Position numbers and translations under genes: made by a program. A DNA stretch of 29,085 nucleotides. Source: Clostridia bacterium. GTDB taxonomy: Bacteria; Bacillota; Clostridia; Oscillospirales; SIG627. The stretch spans positions 1 through 29,085 of the forward strand of contig JAFQUW010000075.1 in NCBI GenBank assembly GCA_017408325.1, given 5' to 3'. The notes under the pieces were generated by a model that saw nothing but the letters and a program-made list of their open reading frames with translations, searched no databases and was not told the origin of the DNA. Below, piece after piece: positions 1 to 9,101 of this stretch. How positions within the stretch are numbered: position 1 is the stretch's first letter; the number at the start of each line of letters is the position of its first letter.

Positions 1-869
1 AAGGGAGTCAGAACGCTCGTGATCGCGGCGGGGATGACGTAAAACGGCAAGTCGCGGCAGCCGTATTCATAAACGGCGAGTTTGTCCGGGGAGAGGGTCG
101 CGCCGATGAAGAGTTTGTCGATCTCGCCGTTTAGAGTCGACACCGAGGAGGCAAGGCCGATCGGCAGCGAAAAAGCGAGGATGCGGCCGAGCATCTTAAA
201 GTCAAAGCGAATGCGCAGAGCACCGGAGTATTTTCGCGCAAAGAGGTAGGCGGCGAGCGCATAGAGTCCCTCACAAATGACGTAAAGAAGGACGTAGAGA
301 CGGAACGCGTCCCCCCAGCCCCAGGAGGCAAAGAGTTCCGCTAATACAATGATGGTGAGCAGCGCGACGGAGTTTGAGATGCGAAAGACCGTCAGCGCGC
401 GGGTGTGTCGGTAGGCGATCAGCAGGTGATCGACGCAGCCTGCGGTGATGTAGATCCAGGGACAGACGAAAAGGAAATATGCATACGTGGAAAGGTTGGG
501 ATTGTTGAAAAACTGCGTGAGCCACGGCAGGGCGAGAACGAGCGTGACGCCGATGATGACGGAGAGGGCAGTCGAGAAGGTGTAATAAACGGAGAGAAAG
601 TGCTGTTTTTGTTCACGGGTCTTCGCACGCGCCAAAAAGTAGTTGATGGAATTGGGCAGCCCCATCATCAAAAAGACGGAAAGGGTGCGGATCGACATCA
701 AAAGCGTCGTATAGGTGCCGTAGTCCGCCTGAGAGCGCAGTCGCGCCATCATCATCGACGAGACGGTGCCGATGAGAAGCGTGATAAACTTTGCGCCCGT
801 CAGTTGGAGCGCACCGCCGCCGAGCGAACCGGAAGAGCCCTTCAGCCGTCGGCGCAAAAACGAGAACAT
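1..869 (-). CDS. Oligosaccharide/polysaccharide flippase (Wzx/MOP family), runs off the left edge
   Basis: Absent from the ORF track because no stop lies in the window. Translated by hand from ATG at 869 (RBS AGAAAGGA upstream): MFSFLRRRLKG...LLMSIRTLSVFLMMGLPNSINYFLAR...FSLPIGLASSVSTLNGEIDKLFIG...LAVYEYGCRDLPFYVIPAAITSVLTP. Many hydrophobic helices; the GLP..I.YF and ID+L.IG patterns fit Wzx-type flippases. Confidence 0.8.
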   Translation of the reverse strand, partial: MFSFLRRRLKGSSGSLGGGALQLTGAKFITLLIGTVSSMMMARLRSQADYGTYTTLLMSIRTLSVFLMMGLPNSINYFLARAKTREQKQHFLSVYYTFSTALSVIIGVTLVLALPWLTQFFNNPNLSTYAYFLFVCPWIYITAGCVDHLLIAYRHTRALTVFRISNSVALLTIIVLAELFASWGWGDAFRLYVLLYVICEGLYALAAYLFARKYSGALRIRFDFKMLGRILAFSLPIGLASSVSTLNGEIDKLFIGATLSPDKLAVYEYGCRDLPFYVIPAAITSVLTP

Positions 870-908
870 AGGAGTCTGTCCTTTCTGGTTTTGGAAAATC
901 GGTACGTC

Positions 909-2120
909 TTACTTTGCGGCAGGCTCGGGGGAGACGAGCGTCGTCACGCCGCGGTCGTAATAGAAGAGAACCGCGCCGTCGGCACCCTCCGCATAGCAGA
1001 GTTCGAGTTCTTTTTTCAGTTCTTCTTCCGTCTTGTTGATCTGCTCGACGTCGGAGCGGTAAGTGAGAAGCGCGGGACGCAGATCCAGTCTCGGGTGCTT
1101 CTGGCGGTAGAGGCGCATGCACTCCGCGATCCACTCTTCGTCCTCGCCGTAATTGCCCGCATAGAGCATCGGCACAAAGAAGTCGAAATACTGCGAGAGA
1201 TCTTCGAGATCCTGTCCGTATTTGGCGATCAGCACGCCGTACTGCGGCATCGTCGCGCCCGAGAAAACGAGGTCGGGATTGACCGCCTTTGCCGCGAGGA
1301 CCATCTGGCGGACAAATTCCGTGATGGCACCTTCGCCGCCGTCGCCCGAGGTGGAGCGGAAACGGTCGGCGCGGACTTCCTCGCCGTCGTAGCGGATGTA
1401 GTCGAAGTGCAGTCCGTAAAGTCCCTCCAAAGAAGCGGCCTCGCGCACTTTTTCCGCCTCGGCATCAAAGTATTCCTGGTTGTAGTTGTTGCCGACGATC
1501 GGGACGACGAACTCGCCTGCGTCGTACAGAGTGATCAGCCAGAGATGCACGCGGATGTCCTCTTTTTTGGCGGCGGCGATGAACTCTTCAATGTTCTTGT
1601 GACTGGCACTCGTCAACACTTCCTGATGCAAAAAGAGATTCCCGACGCCCGCTGCGCCGAGTTCGGCAAGATCAATGGACGAAAGATCTCTTCCGCGCAC
1701 GTAGACGCCGCTTCGGTTCTCGCGCGGGATCGCAGTCAAGGTCACGGGGAAGGAGGCTTTGCGGTAATGCTTCGACCCCTCGTAACCGAAGACGACCTCG
1801 TGGGAGCCTTCCGAAAGCTTCGGCGAAAAGACGGCCGCGCCGTTTTCGTCGGTGGTGGCCTTGATCGGTTCGTCAAGCCCTTCGGCAAAAAGAGAGATCT
1901 CCGCCTCGGCCACGGGCAGTTGATAACTGTCCTTCAAAACGACTTCAAAAAGCAGTTCGGGCAGTTCGCTCTCAGCAATGGTCGCCTCCAGAGAGACGGG
2001 GCGTTTGAGCGTTTCAGGGTCGACCGGATCGACGTCGATCTCCTCTTTTTTCTTGCAGGCGCAAAGGGGCAGCAGGCACAGACAGAGAAAAACAACCGTC
2101 AGACGCAGGGCGTGTTTCAT
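909..2120 (-). CDS. Lipoprotein with a C-terminal putative glycoside-hydrolase TIM-barrel domain (DUF4015/GHL-like)
   Basis: Signal peptide with lipobox-like LCAC (Cys22), a beta-rich Ig-like segment, then IRVHLW...GLHFDYIRY...PMLYAGNYG...GADGAVLFYY. GAGG RBS present. Confidence 0.7.
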   Translation of the reverse strand: MKHALRLTVVFLCLCLLPLCACKKKEEIDVDPVDPETLKRPVSLEATIAESELPELLFEVVLKDSYQLPVAEAEISLFAEGLDEPIKATTDENGAAVFSPKLSEGSHEVVFGYEGSKHYRKASFPVTLTAIPRENRSGVYVRGRDLSSIDLAELGAAGVGNLFLHQEVLTSASHKNIEEFIAAAKKEDIRVHLWLITLYDAGEFVVPIVGNNYNQEYFDAEAEKVREAASLEGLYGLHFDYIRYDGEEVRADRFRSTSGDGGEGAITEFVRQMVLAAKAVNPDLVFSGATMPQYGVLIAKYGQDLEDLSQYFDFFVPMLYAGNYGEDEEWIAECMRLYRQKHPRLDLRPALLTYRSDVEQINKTEEELKKELELCYAEGADGAVLFYYDRGVTTLVSPEPAAK

Positions 2121-2130
2121 GAAAAGATCC

Positions 2131-2613
2131 TCACTTGTGATATTTCATGGAGTGTAAAATGGTGTAGGCGCGGTAAAGAGATTCGGAAAAGAAAAGGCGG
2201 CACAGTTCGTGCGGCATCGTCATCTTGGACAGCGAGAGCCGCACGTCGCAAGCGGCCTTCACGCGGCTGTCAAGCCCGTAGGACGAACCGATGAGGAAGA
2301 CGAAATGCGATCCCTCCTGCATCTTTTCGCCGATGAGGGCGGCGAACTGTTCGCTTGAGTATTCCTTTCCCTCGACGCACAGCGCGATCTTCGTCGCGCG
2401 GGGCAGAGCGGAGAGGGCGGCAAGGATCTCGTCCGCCTCACGCGAGAGGGCGGCGGCGATCTCTTTTTCGCTCGGGTTGTCCGACAGACGCACGGGGCGC
2501 AACACGCGGTGTTCGACGCGCCACTTGCCCGTCAGCCGACGTTCAAAGTCCTCGCACAGCGCACGCACGCGATCGTCTTTCGTCTCGCCGAGACGCAGCA
2601 GTGTCACCGTCAC
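2131..2613 (-). CDS. rlmH: 23S rRNA (pseudouridine1915-N3)-methyltransferase
   Basis: Motifs ALCVEGKEYSSEQFA, FLIGSSYGL, LSLSKMTMPHELCRL, ESLYRAYTI...YHK. Start reassigned to GTG at 2613, which overlaps the sortase stop (GTGA); 160 aa. Confidence 0.93.
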   Translation of the reverse strand: MTVTLLRLGETKDDRVRALCEDFERRLTGKWRVEHRVLRPVRLSDNPSEKEIAAALSREADEILAALSALPRATKIALCVEGKEYSSEQFAALIGEKMQEGSHFVFLIGSSYGLDSRVKAACDVRLSLSKMTMPHELCRLFFSESLYRAYTILHSMKYHK

Positions 2614-3656
2614 GCGGTAAGCACCTCGCGCAGCACGCCGTGGACGACGAAACGGTACGCCTCTTCCTGCGTGGTCGACACGCAGGTCGAAAGGGTGATG
2701 ATCTTGTCGTCGCGCGACAGGGAGACGTCGGAATTGGGGAAGAAAGACTGCTTTTTCGTCCAGTCGAGGAACTCTCTCCACTCGGCGTCGGTAAACTCCG
2801 TGTAGAAGAAGCGATCCATCTCGTGCGGCTGATGCACGGAATAGACGTCGTAGACGTAGATGCCCTCGGTCGTCATCAGACGGATCTCGGCGGACTCAAA
2901 ATAGTTCTGGTTGTTTAGGTTATGAAGGGAGTGGAACATCGTCCCGTCCTTCATGTTGTGCCCGTAGATGACCGTGTTTCGGTTCTCGGAAAGGGATTTG
3001 CAGTTGGAGTCGACGAAGATCGAACCGCTGTTCAAATAACTGCGGTAGAAACTGCGGCGCAGATAGTAGTCGTTGTCCTCCCCCTGCACGACGGGATAGT
3101 CGACGTCCGTGCCGGAGACCTTCAGCCAGCCGTAGGTGTCTTCGTTCAGACTCTTCAGTTTCGCCAGGCGCGCAAGAATGACCTGATAGTTCTCCTCGTC
3201 GCCCATGCCCGAGACGGAATTGTTCGCCGCCGCGTCCGCCGCAGAGGTCTGCATCGAGGAGAGGAGGTCGGGCGTGGAGGGGGCGAGAGAGGGCTCGGCG
3301 AGGTAATCGCCGGAGTTTCCTTCGGAATAGAAGATCTCTTTTAACTCATCGTACTGTTTTTTTGCTTCGGCGTATTCGAGGAGATTGCCCGCGAACTTGT
3401 ATCCGGAAAACAGGAAAACCAAAAGGCAGAGGCCGAGCACGATCCACTGCGTCACGGTAAATCCGCGGGAGGTCTTCTTGCGCTTGGGACGCACGGAAAA
3501 ATCCTCCTCGGTCAGTCGGTCGAGGGATTCGGTCAGCACGGTGGCGGCCTTCTGAGTTTTTTTGCGTGCGAGACGAACACCGTCTTTGGCACGGCGTTGC
3601 GCGATCTTCGACTCGTCGGAGATCGGGGACGCTTGATCTTTTTCAAACTCAGCCAC
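2610..3656 (-). CDS. srtB: Class B sortase
   Basis: N-terminal membrane anchor; DYPVVQG.DNDYYL, NTVIYGHNMKDGTMF, catalytic TLSTC and downstream RFVVHG. GTG start with AAAGGAG RBS. Confidence 0.92.
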   Translation of the reverse strand: MAEFEKDQASPISDESKIAQRRAKDGVRLARKKTQKAATVLTESLDRLTEEDFSVRPKRKKTSRGFTVTQWIVLGLCLLVFLFSGYKFAGNLLEYAEAKKQYDELKEIFYSEGNSGDYLAEPSLAPSTPDLLSSMQTSAADAAANNSVSGMGDEENYQVILARLAKLKSLNEDTYGWLKVSGTDVDYPVVQGEDNDYYLRRSFYRSYLNSGSIFVDSNCKSLSENRNTVIYGHNMKDGTMFHSLHNLNNQNYFESAEIRLMTTEGIYVYDVYSVHQPHEMDRFFYTEFTDAEWREFLDWTKKQSFFPNSDVSLSRDDKIITLSTCVSTTQEEAYRFVVHGVLREVLTA

Positions 3657-3692
3657 GGTATTCGCTCCTTTCGCTCGGATGTTCGGGCAGGA

Positions 3693-4745
3693 TCAGTGTG
3701 CAAACGGATGTGAGCAGTAGGCGCAGCACTCGCCGAAAGCACCGGCCTCCGCATCGGGGTAAAGTCCCGGTTCAAAGGCGGTGACGCATCTCGGGTTGGT
3801 ACAGCGACGCTTCTCAAAGGAATAAGGCACGCGCTTTTGCTCGTAGGGACGCTCCATGAGGCGCAGCATCAGTGCCATTCGGATGCTCACGCCGCCCTTC
3901 GCCTGTGCAAAGTAGAGCGCACGGGGGTCGTCGTCGACTTCGGGCGCGATCTCGTCCACCTTCGGCAAGGGATGCAACACGAGCATCTCGCGACGGGCGC
4001 GTGCCATCTTGTCGGCGGTCAGGCGCAGTCCGTCGGAATCGACCGCCTCGCTTCCGCGCTCACGCTGGGTACGGGTCATATAGAGCACGTCGAGCTTCTC
4101 AATGCAGTCGTTTAAGGATTCGCACTCGCAGACGCGCGCACCGGCGAGAACGAGTTGCTGTTTCAGATGTTTGGGCAGGGCGAGCGACGGCGCGGAGACG
4201 AAGTAGAAGGTACAGCCGCGGCGCGCAAGAGGCGCCGACAGCGAGTGCACGGTGCGTCCGTTCAGAAGGTCGCCGCAGAAGCCGACGGTCAGCCCCGTCA
4301 GGGTGCCGGCGCGGTGGCGGATGCAAAAGAGGTCGGTCAAGGTCTGCGTCGGGTGCAGATGGCTTCCATCGCCCGCGTTGATGACGGGCACGGAGGAAAA
4401 GAGACTCGCCGCGTGCGGGCCGCCTTCCAGCGGCGTGCGAAGCGCGAGGATGTCGCAATACGAGGAGACGATCTTGATGGTGTCCTTCAAGGTCTCGCCC
4501 TTGGTGACGGACGAGGAGGAGGGATCGGCAAAGCCGATGACCTGTCCGCCGAGGCGGAGCATCGCCGTCTCAAAGGACAGTCGCGTGCGTGTCGACGGCT
4601 CGTAAAAGAGCGTTCCCAAGATCTTCCCCTGCGCCTCGGAGGAGAACGCAAGCGGATCGCGGTGGATCCGACGGGCAAGGTCGTAGAGGTCTTCCCAATC
4701 GGCGTCGGTCAAAACGGACTCGTCTAAAAAATCGGTGGGAAGCAT
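3693..4745 (-). CDS. pyrB: Aspartate carbamoyltransferase catalytic subunit with a fused C-terminal PyrI-like zinc domain
   Basis: FYEPSTRTRLSFE, KGETLKDT, HPTQTLTD, GRTVHSL, YMTRTQRER, HPLP. Tail CTNPRC...CAYC. Start at ATG 4745 after AAAGGAG; 350 aa. Confidence 0.95.
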   Translation of the reverse strand: MLPTDFLDESVLTDADWEDLYDLARRIHRDPLAFSSEAQGKILGTLFYEPSTRTRLSFETAMLRLGGQVIGFADPSSSSVTKGETLKDTIKIVSSYCDILALRTPLEGGPHAASLFSSVPVINAGDGSHLHPTQTLTDLFCIRHRAGTLTGLTVGFCGDLLNGRTVHSLSAPLARRGCTFYFVSAPSLALPKHLKQQLVLAGARVCECESLNDCIEKLDVLYMTRTQRERGSEAVDSDGLRLTADKMARARREMLVLHPLPKVDEIAPEVDDDPRALYFAQAKGGVSIRMALMLRLMERPYEQKRVPYSFEKRRCTNPRCVTAFEPGLYPDAEAGAFGECCAYCSHPFAH

Positions 4746-4792
4746 AGAGGTCTCCTTTGTCGAAATCAAATGTGCCTAATAATCTAAACTAT

Positions 4793-4801
4793 ATCATACC
4801 A
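4793..4801 (-). promoter_or_regulatory. Extended -10 promoter candidate for pyrB
   Basis: Minus strand TGG-TATGAT about 47 bp upstream of the ATG; no clear -35. Confidence 0.45.
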
Positions 4802-4829
4802 CAAAATTTCAAAAAGAAAAAGGGTTTGC

Positions 4830-4858
4830 TTGAAAAAAAGGAGGGGATATGTTAAAAT
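4830..4858 (+). promoter_or_regulatory. sigma70/sigmaA promoter for tcdA-pth
   Basis: TTGAAA-17bp-TAAAAT with an extended TG. Confidence 0.7.
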
Positions 4859-4885
4859 ATTTTGTAACTTTTTTGGGAGGGATCT

Positions 4886-5575
4886 ATGGATTTTCTTGCG
4901 CGTTCCCTGCCGCTTCTCGGAAAAGAAGGGCTTGCAACACTCAAAAAAAGCCGCGTGCTCGTTTTGGGGCTCGGCGGCGTCGGTGCCGCCTGCGCCGAGG
5001 CGCTCGTGCGAGGCGGCGTGGGAAGCCTCGTCTTTGCCGACGGCGACGCATATTCCCCGACGAACAAAAACCGCCAGCTTTACGCGACCGACGAAACGCT
5101 CGGAAAAAACAAGGCCCTCGTCGCCGCGCACCGTGCCAAAGAGATCAATCCCGAGATCACGGTCGAGGCGCGTGAGGTCTACTTCAAGGCAGGCGAGGAC
5201 TTTGACCTCGACGGCTTCGACTATATCTGCGACTGCATCGACGACGTGGACGCAAAACTCGACCTCATCTGCCGCGCCTGCGAACAAAAGATCCCGATCA
5301 TCAGCGCAATGGGCGCCGGCGGAAAGCTGGATCCCACACGCTTTCGCGTCGCAGACATCGCAAAGACCCACACCTGTCCGCTGGCCAAAAAGATGCGCGT
5401 CGAACTTCGGCGAAGAGGCATCACACATACGAAGGTCGTCTTCTCCGACGAGATCAGCCGCGCCGTGACGAGCCCCCCTGCCTCCGTCTCCTTCGTGCCG
5501 CCCGTGATGGGCTTTTTGATGGCGGCGGAAGTCGTCCGCACCCTCTGTGAAACCACCGAAACCGAGGAAGAATGA
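4886..5575 (+). CDS. tcdA: tRNA threonylcarbamoyladenosine dehydratase (ThiF family)
   Basis: VLGLGGVG, TNKNRQL, DCIDD, MGAGGKLDP, CPLAKKMR, VVFSDE, SFVP. GGGAGG RBS. Confidence 0.88.
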   Translation: MDFLARSLPLLGKEGLATLKKSRVLVLGLGGVGAACAEALVRGGVGSLVFADGDAYSPTNKNRQLYATDETLGKNKALVAAHRAKEINPEITVEAREVYFKAGEDFDLDGFDYICDCIDDVDAKLDLICRACEQKIPIISAMGAGGKLDPTRFRVADIAKTHTCPLAKKMRVELRRRGITHTKVVFSDEISRAVTSPPASVSFVPPVMGFLMAAEVVRTLCETTETEEE

Positions 5576-6180
5576 TGCTCTTTTCCAAGTTCAAAAAAAG
5601 CGGCGTCGAGTACGTCGTCGCCGCGCTCGGAACCCCGGGCAAAAAATATGAAAACACCCGACACAACGCGGGCTTTCTCTGCGCCGCCTATCTCTTGAAG
5701 GATCTCGGCGCGGACGTTCGCCGCGCGCGCTTTCACGCGCTCACCGCAGAGCTTACCCTCGGCGGTCACCGCGTCCTGCTTCTCTTGCCGCAGACCTATA
5801 TGAACCGCTCGGGCGAAAGCGTGCGCGAGGCGCTCGCGTTCTACAAATTGCCGCCGGAAAATCTCATCGTGATCTCCGACGACATCCACCTGCCCGTGGG
5901 CGGTCTTCGCATCCGCAAGGGCGGCTCGGCAGGCGGTCACAACGGACTGCGCAGCATCAACGATCATATCAAGAGTGAAAACTACGCACGCATCCGCATC
6001 GGCGTCGGCGAGCCGCGCGGTCCCGGCGACGAGCAGATCGACTGGGTCATCGGCGACTTCTCCAAAGCGGATCAGAACGTCCTCCCCGCCGTCTTTGACG
6101 ACGCCTGCCTCGCGCTCTCCCTGCTCGTCGACGGACGCGCAGAGGAGGCAATGAGCCGCTACAACAAACGAAGCCGATAA
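5572..6180 (+). CDS. pth: Peptidyl-tRNA hydrolase
   Basis: LGTPGKKYENTRHNAGF, PQTYMNRSG, ISDDIHLP, GSAGGHNGLRS, RIRIGVG. ATGA overlap with tcdA. Confidence 0.95.
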   Translation: MMLFSKFKKSGVEYVVAALGTPGKKYENTRHNAGFLCAAYLLKDLGADVRRARFHALTAELTLGGHRVLLLLPQTYMNRSGESVREALAFYKLPPENLIVISDDIHLPVGGLRIRKGGSAGGHNGLRSINDHIKSENYARIRIGVGEPRGPGDEQIDWVIGDFSKADQNVLPAVFDDACLALSLLVDGRAEEAMSRYNKRSR

Positions 6181-6197
6181 ACCGAAAAAGAGGTTTT

Positions 6198-8015
6198 ATG
6201 AAACGCATTCTTTGTCTGTGCCTGACCCTTTTCGTGCTTTTCTGCTCTGCGTCGTGCGCGCCGACGGAAAGCGAAACGCCCGGCGTCACACCGCCACCCC
6301 CGACCGCCTCGCCCGAAGAAGAGCCGAAAAACGAGTCGACGCTTGAAAAAGCGGAGAAGGTCGCTCTCGCCACCGTTTTGTTCGTCAAAGACAAAACGCT
6401 CTGCGCGATCGACACCGAGACCGAGAAGGTCTACGAGCTTGCCGAGGGTTACGAGAGCAGCTACGCCGGCGGAATCGCCTTCGATTACGCCACCGTCTCC
6501 CCCGACGGGAAAACGGTCTATTATTACGGCAATTTCCAAGGCACGCAGCGTGACCTGTTCTCCTGCCGCCTCGGCGAAGAGCCGATCCTGATCGCCAAGC
6601 AGGTCAAGGAGTTTCACCTCTCCGAGGACGGGAGCACGCTCTGCTACCGAAACACGCGCGACCAGTTGTTTTTGCAAACGAAAGACGAAACGGTGAAATC
6701 CCCCGAGACGTGCGAATATTTTCTCAGGCTTGCCGACGGCGGCGAGCGCTGTCTGTTCGCATACTTTGACAAACAACTCGGGCGCGAGCGCTATTTTTTG
6801 CAGTCGATGGACGGCTGCGAGGAGATCGTTCTTGAGGGGCGCGTCGTCGGAGATCGACTGAATGCGGCCTACACCTCGCCGACGCTTTCCGACGCCTATT
6901 TTCTGACCTTTGACCCCGTAAACCCGATGAATTACCACAAGGACGGGTACCGTCTCTACCACTACCGCGCAGGCGAAGGGCTCACGGCGGTCAGTCTGCA
7001 CATGCGCGACGTGCACTTCTTCTCCGACGGCGCATATCTGTACACGGAATACAAAACGGGCGGCGTAAGCTCCCTTTCCACGGTCGTGACCGATCGCCTT
7101 TCGGAGTCGGATCGCACCGCGGGTGAAAGCGACGCCAAAAATCGCCGTGATTCTCAGCGTGCCGAGATTCGAGACTACGGCGCGTTTGATCTCTACCATT
7201 ACACGACCTTCTTCGTGGACGGCGAGACGACCACGCCGCTGGAGGGTCAGTTCATTGCCGCCGCGGCGGACGCGCACGTATTCCTGTGCAAAAAGAAGCC
7301 CGAAGAGCTTCCGAAGATCGAGCTTTCCGACTATCCCGACGCGAGCGCGAGCGCGCTTTATTCCGTATGGTCAACCCTCTACACGAAGAGCCACCCCGTC
7401 ACGCTTTACAAGGACTTGACGAAGGTCGCCGACCTGCCCCTCGGGGTCTTGAACAGTACCTATGACAAGCCGCAGATCTCCGACGACGGCACGAAGGTCG
7501 CCTTCCTTGCCGCGAGGCAGAGCGAAACGGACGAATACGATATGTATCTGCTGGACACCAAAAAAGGGACGCAGGCGCGCAATCTGTCGAAGGGGGCGAC
7601 CCCGAGCGCCTTCTACAGCCTCGTGGAAGGCCATCTGGATTGGAGCCTGTCGTTTGACGGAGAGCACTTTTTGAACTATTTCGACGACTACGAGATCGGA
7701 GAAGCCGCGCTCGGCGACCAGACGCCCATCTGCTTTGCGGACGGCGACGAGGTCTTCTTCCGAAAAGGGGGGGCGAAAAATCCGAACGAGTACGGCTATC
7801 GCTACACAACCGACCTCTACCTCTTCGACCAAACGACACGGGAAGAAACCCTTCTCTTCAAGGACTGTTTGCAGGAGCTCTGTCCGTCACAGAAAAAGCA
7901 GGTCGTGCTTGCCGACTTTGACTTTGAGACGGGTGTCGGAAACCTTTCTCTGCGCGAAGACGGCGAGATCCGCACCCTTGTCGAGGGTGTGTCGCAACTT
8001 TTTTATACGCTTTGA
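6198..8015 (+). CDS. Putative lipoprotein with TolB-like beta-propeller repeats
   Basis: Signal peptide ending SASC (Cys20), Pro-rich linker, repeated SPDGKT/SEDGST/SDDGTK blade motifs. Confidence 0.65.
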   Translation: MKRILCLCLTLFVLFCSASCAPTESETPGVTPPPPTASPEEEPKNESTLEKAEKVALATVLFVKDKTLCAIDTETEKVYELAEGYESSYAGGIAFDYATVSPDGKTVYYYGNFQGTQRDLFSCRLGEEPILIAKQVKEFHLSEDGSTLCYRNTRDQLFLQTKDETVKSPETCEYFLRLADGGERCLFAYFDKQLGRERYFLQSMDGCEEIVLEGRVVGDRLNAAYTSPTLSDAYFLTFDPVNPMNYHKDGYRLYHYRAGEGLTAVSLHMRDVHFFSDGAYLYTEYKTGGVSSLSTVVTDRLSESDRTAGESDAKNRRDSQRAEIRDYGAFDLYHYTTFFVDGETTTPLEGQFIAAAADAHVFLCKKKPEELPKIELSDYPDASASALYSVWSTLYTKSHPVTLYKDLTKVADLPLGVLNSTYDKPQISDDGTKVAFLAARQSETDEYDMYLLDTKKGTQARNLSKGATPSAFYSLVEGHLDWSLSFDGEHFLNYFDDYEIGEAALGDQTPICFADGDEVFFRKGGAKNPNEYGYRYTTDLYLFDQTTREETLLFKDCLQELCPSQKKQVVLADFDFETGVGNLSLREDGEIRTLVEGVSQLFYTL

Positions 8016-8030
8016 TATTTAGGAGAAATT

Positions 8031-9074
8031 ATGAAACGCATTCTTTGTCTGTGTCTGCTTTTAGCGGTGCTGTTTTCCGCCGCGTCGTGTGAGCCGATCG
8101 GCTTGCCGCGCCCCGCGCCGAACTACTCCGCCTCCGAAGATCTTGCCCAAAACGTCGAGGCGGATTCGATCCGTTACTATTGTTCCCCGACCACGAAGTA
8201 CAACGTGTTCATCCTGGAGCGCGACGGTAAATTCGGCGTCATTGACGGTTTTGGGAAAGTGCTCGTCGAGCCGACGTGGGACTGCGCGACTCTGACGCAC
8301 ACCGCGAAAGACGAAAGCGAATGGGGCAAGGCCGAAGTGAAAGTGCTCCTCTCCAACCGAACCGAAAACGGCTATCCCCGGATGGAAGGAATGTTCGTGG
8401 AAGCCGACGGAACGCTCACCGAAGGAACGTCCGGCGGCTGGGACTACGGCAGAAGCCTCGTCTATTGGGACTCAAACGAAAAAACGCCGCTTCTCTTTTC
8501 CTCGGGCGACGGCATCACCGAGTTTCGCTCCACGGACGTGAAAGACTACCGAAGACCGTTTCGCAGTTCGGCTTACTTCTTCGCCGCCGCCGATACCCGG
8601 GAAAAAGTGGTCGCCGTGCAGGCGATCTCCGACTATGAATTGGTGGAAGAAAACGGCGGTGTCCATCTGTACGTTACGGAAGAAAAGGACGGAAAGTACG
8701 CCCTGCTCTCTCTGGAGACGGGCAAGCTGCTCACCGACTTCGTCTACGAGGACTACGATCGCACGGGCGAGGTCAACGACGTGATCGCCATGAAGAAAAA
8801 CGGCTCCTGGGGCTACGTCGATTCGGCGGGGCGCGAGATCTCCGAATTCTACTATCTGCCCTGCTACACCGGGGAAAACGGTGAGGACGGCTTCTACCCC
8901 AACTGCAACGGCTACATCGCCGTCTGCGAGGGTGAACTGTACGGCCTCATCGAGGAACAAGAAGGTCGCGTTGCGGAGGCGTCGCAGTTTGCGGACATCA
9001 CCATGCCCACCCCCCACGGACGCTACTGGGCAAAAGACCTCACCGGAAAGTGGTCCGCCCACAAACTCGGATAA
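8031..9074 (+). CDS. Putative lipoprotein with WG-repeat-like beta motifs
   Basis: Signal peptide ending AASC (Cys20); KFGVIDGFGKVL, KYALLSLETGKLL, KKNGSWGYVDSAG, LYGLIEE. AGGAG RBS. Confidence 0.7.
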   Translation: MKRILCLCLLLAVLFSAASCEPIGLPRPAPNYSASEDLAQNVEADSIRYYCSPTTKYNVFILERDGKFGVIDGFGKVLVEPTWDCATLTHTAKDESEWGKAEVKVLLSNRTENGYPRMEGMFVEADGTLTEGTSGGWDYGRSLVYWDSNEKTPLLFSSGDGITEFRSTDVKDYRRPFRSSAYFFAAADTREKVVAVQAISDYELVEENGGVHLYVTEEKDGKYALLSLETGKLLTDFVYEDYDRTGEVNDVIAMKKNGSWGYVDSAGREISEFYYLPCYTGENGEDGFYPNCNGYIAVCEGELYGLIEEQEGRVAEASQFADITMPTPHGRYWAKDLTGKWSAHKLG

Positions 9075-9101
9075 CGTTCCCCAGCTTCCCTTACCGATCA
9101 C

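Noticed and set aside
405-2294. 629-aa plus-strand ORF
   Set aside because: Codon-aligned antisense shadow of the flippase and GH lipoprotein genes; no recognisable motifs, and expected at high GC.
2614-2781. Extended N-termini given by the ORF track for rlmH, and likewise for pyrB, dnaD, the transglutaminase, pgk and rsmI
   Set aside because: Downstream starts have better RBS or coupling and match family lengths; the extensions overlap neighbouring genes or promoters.
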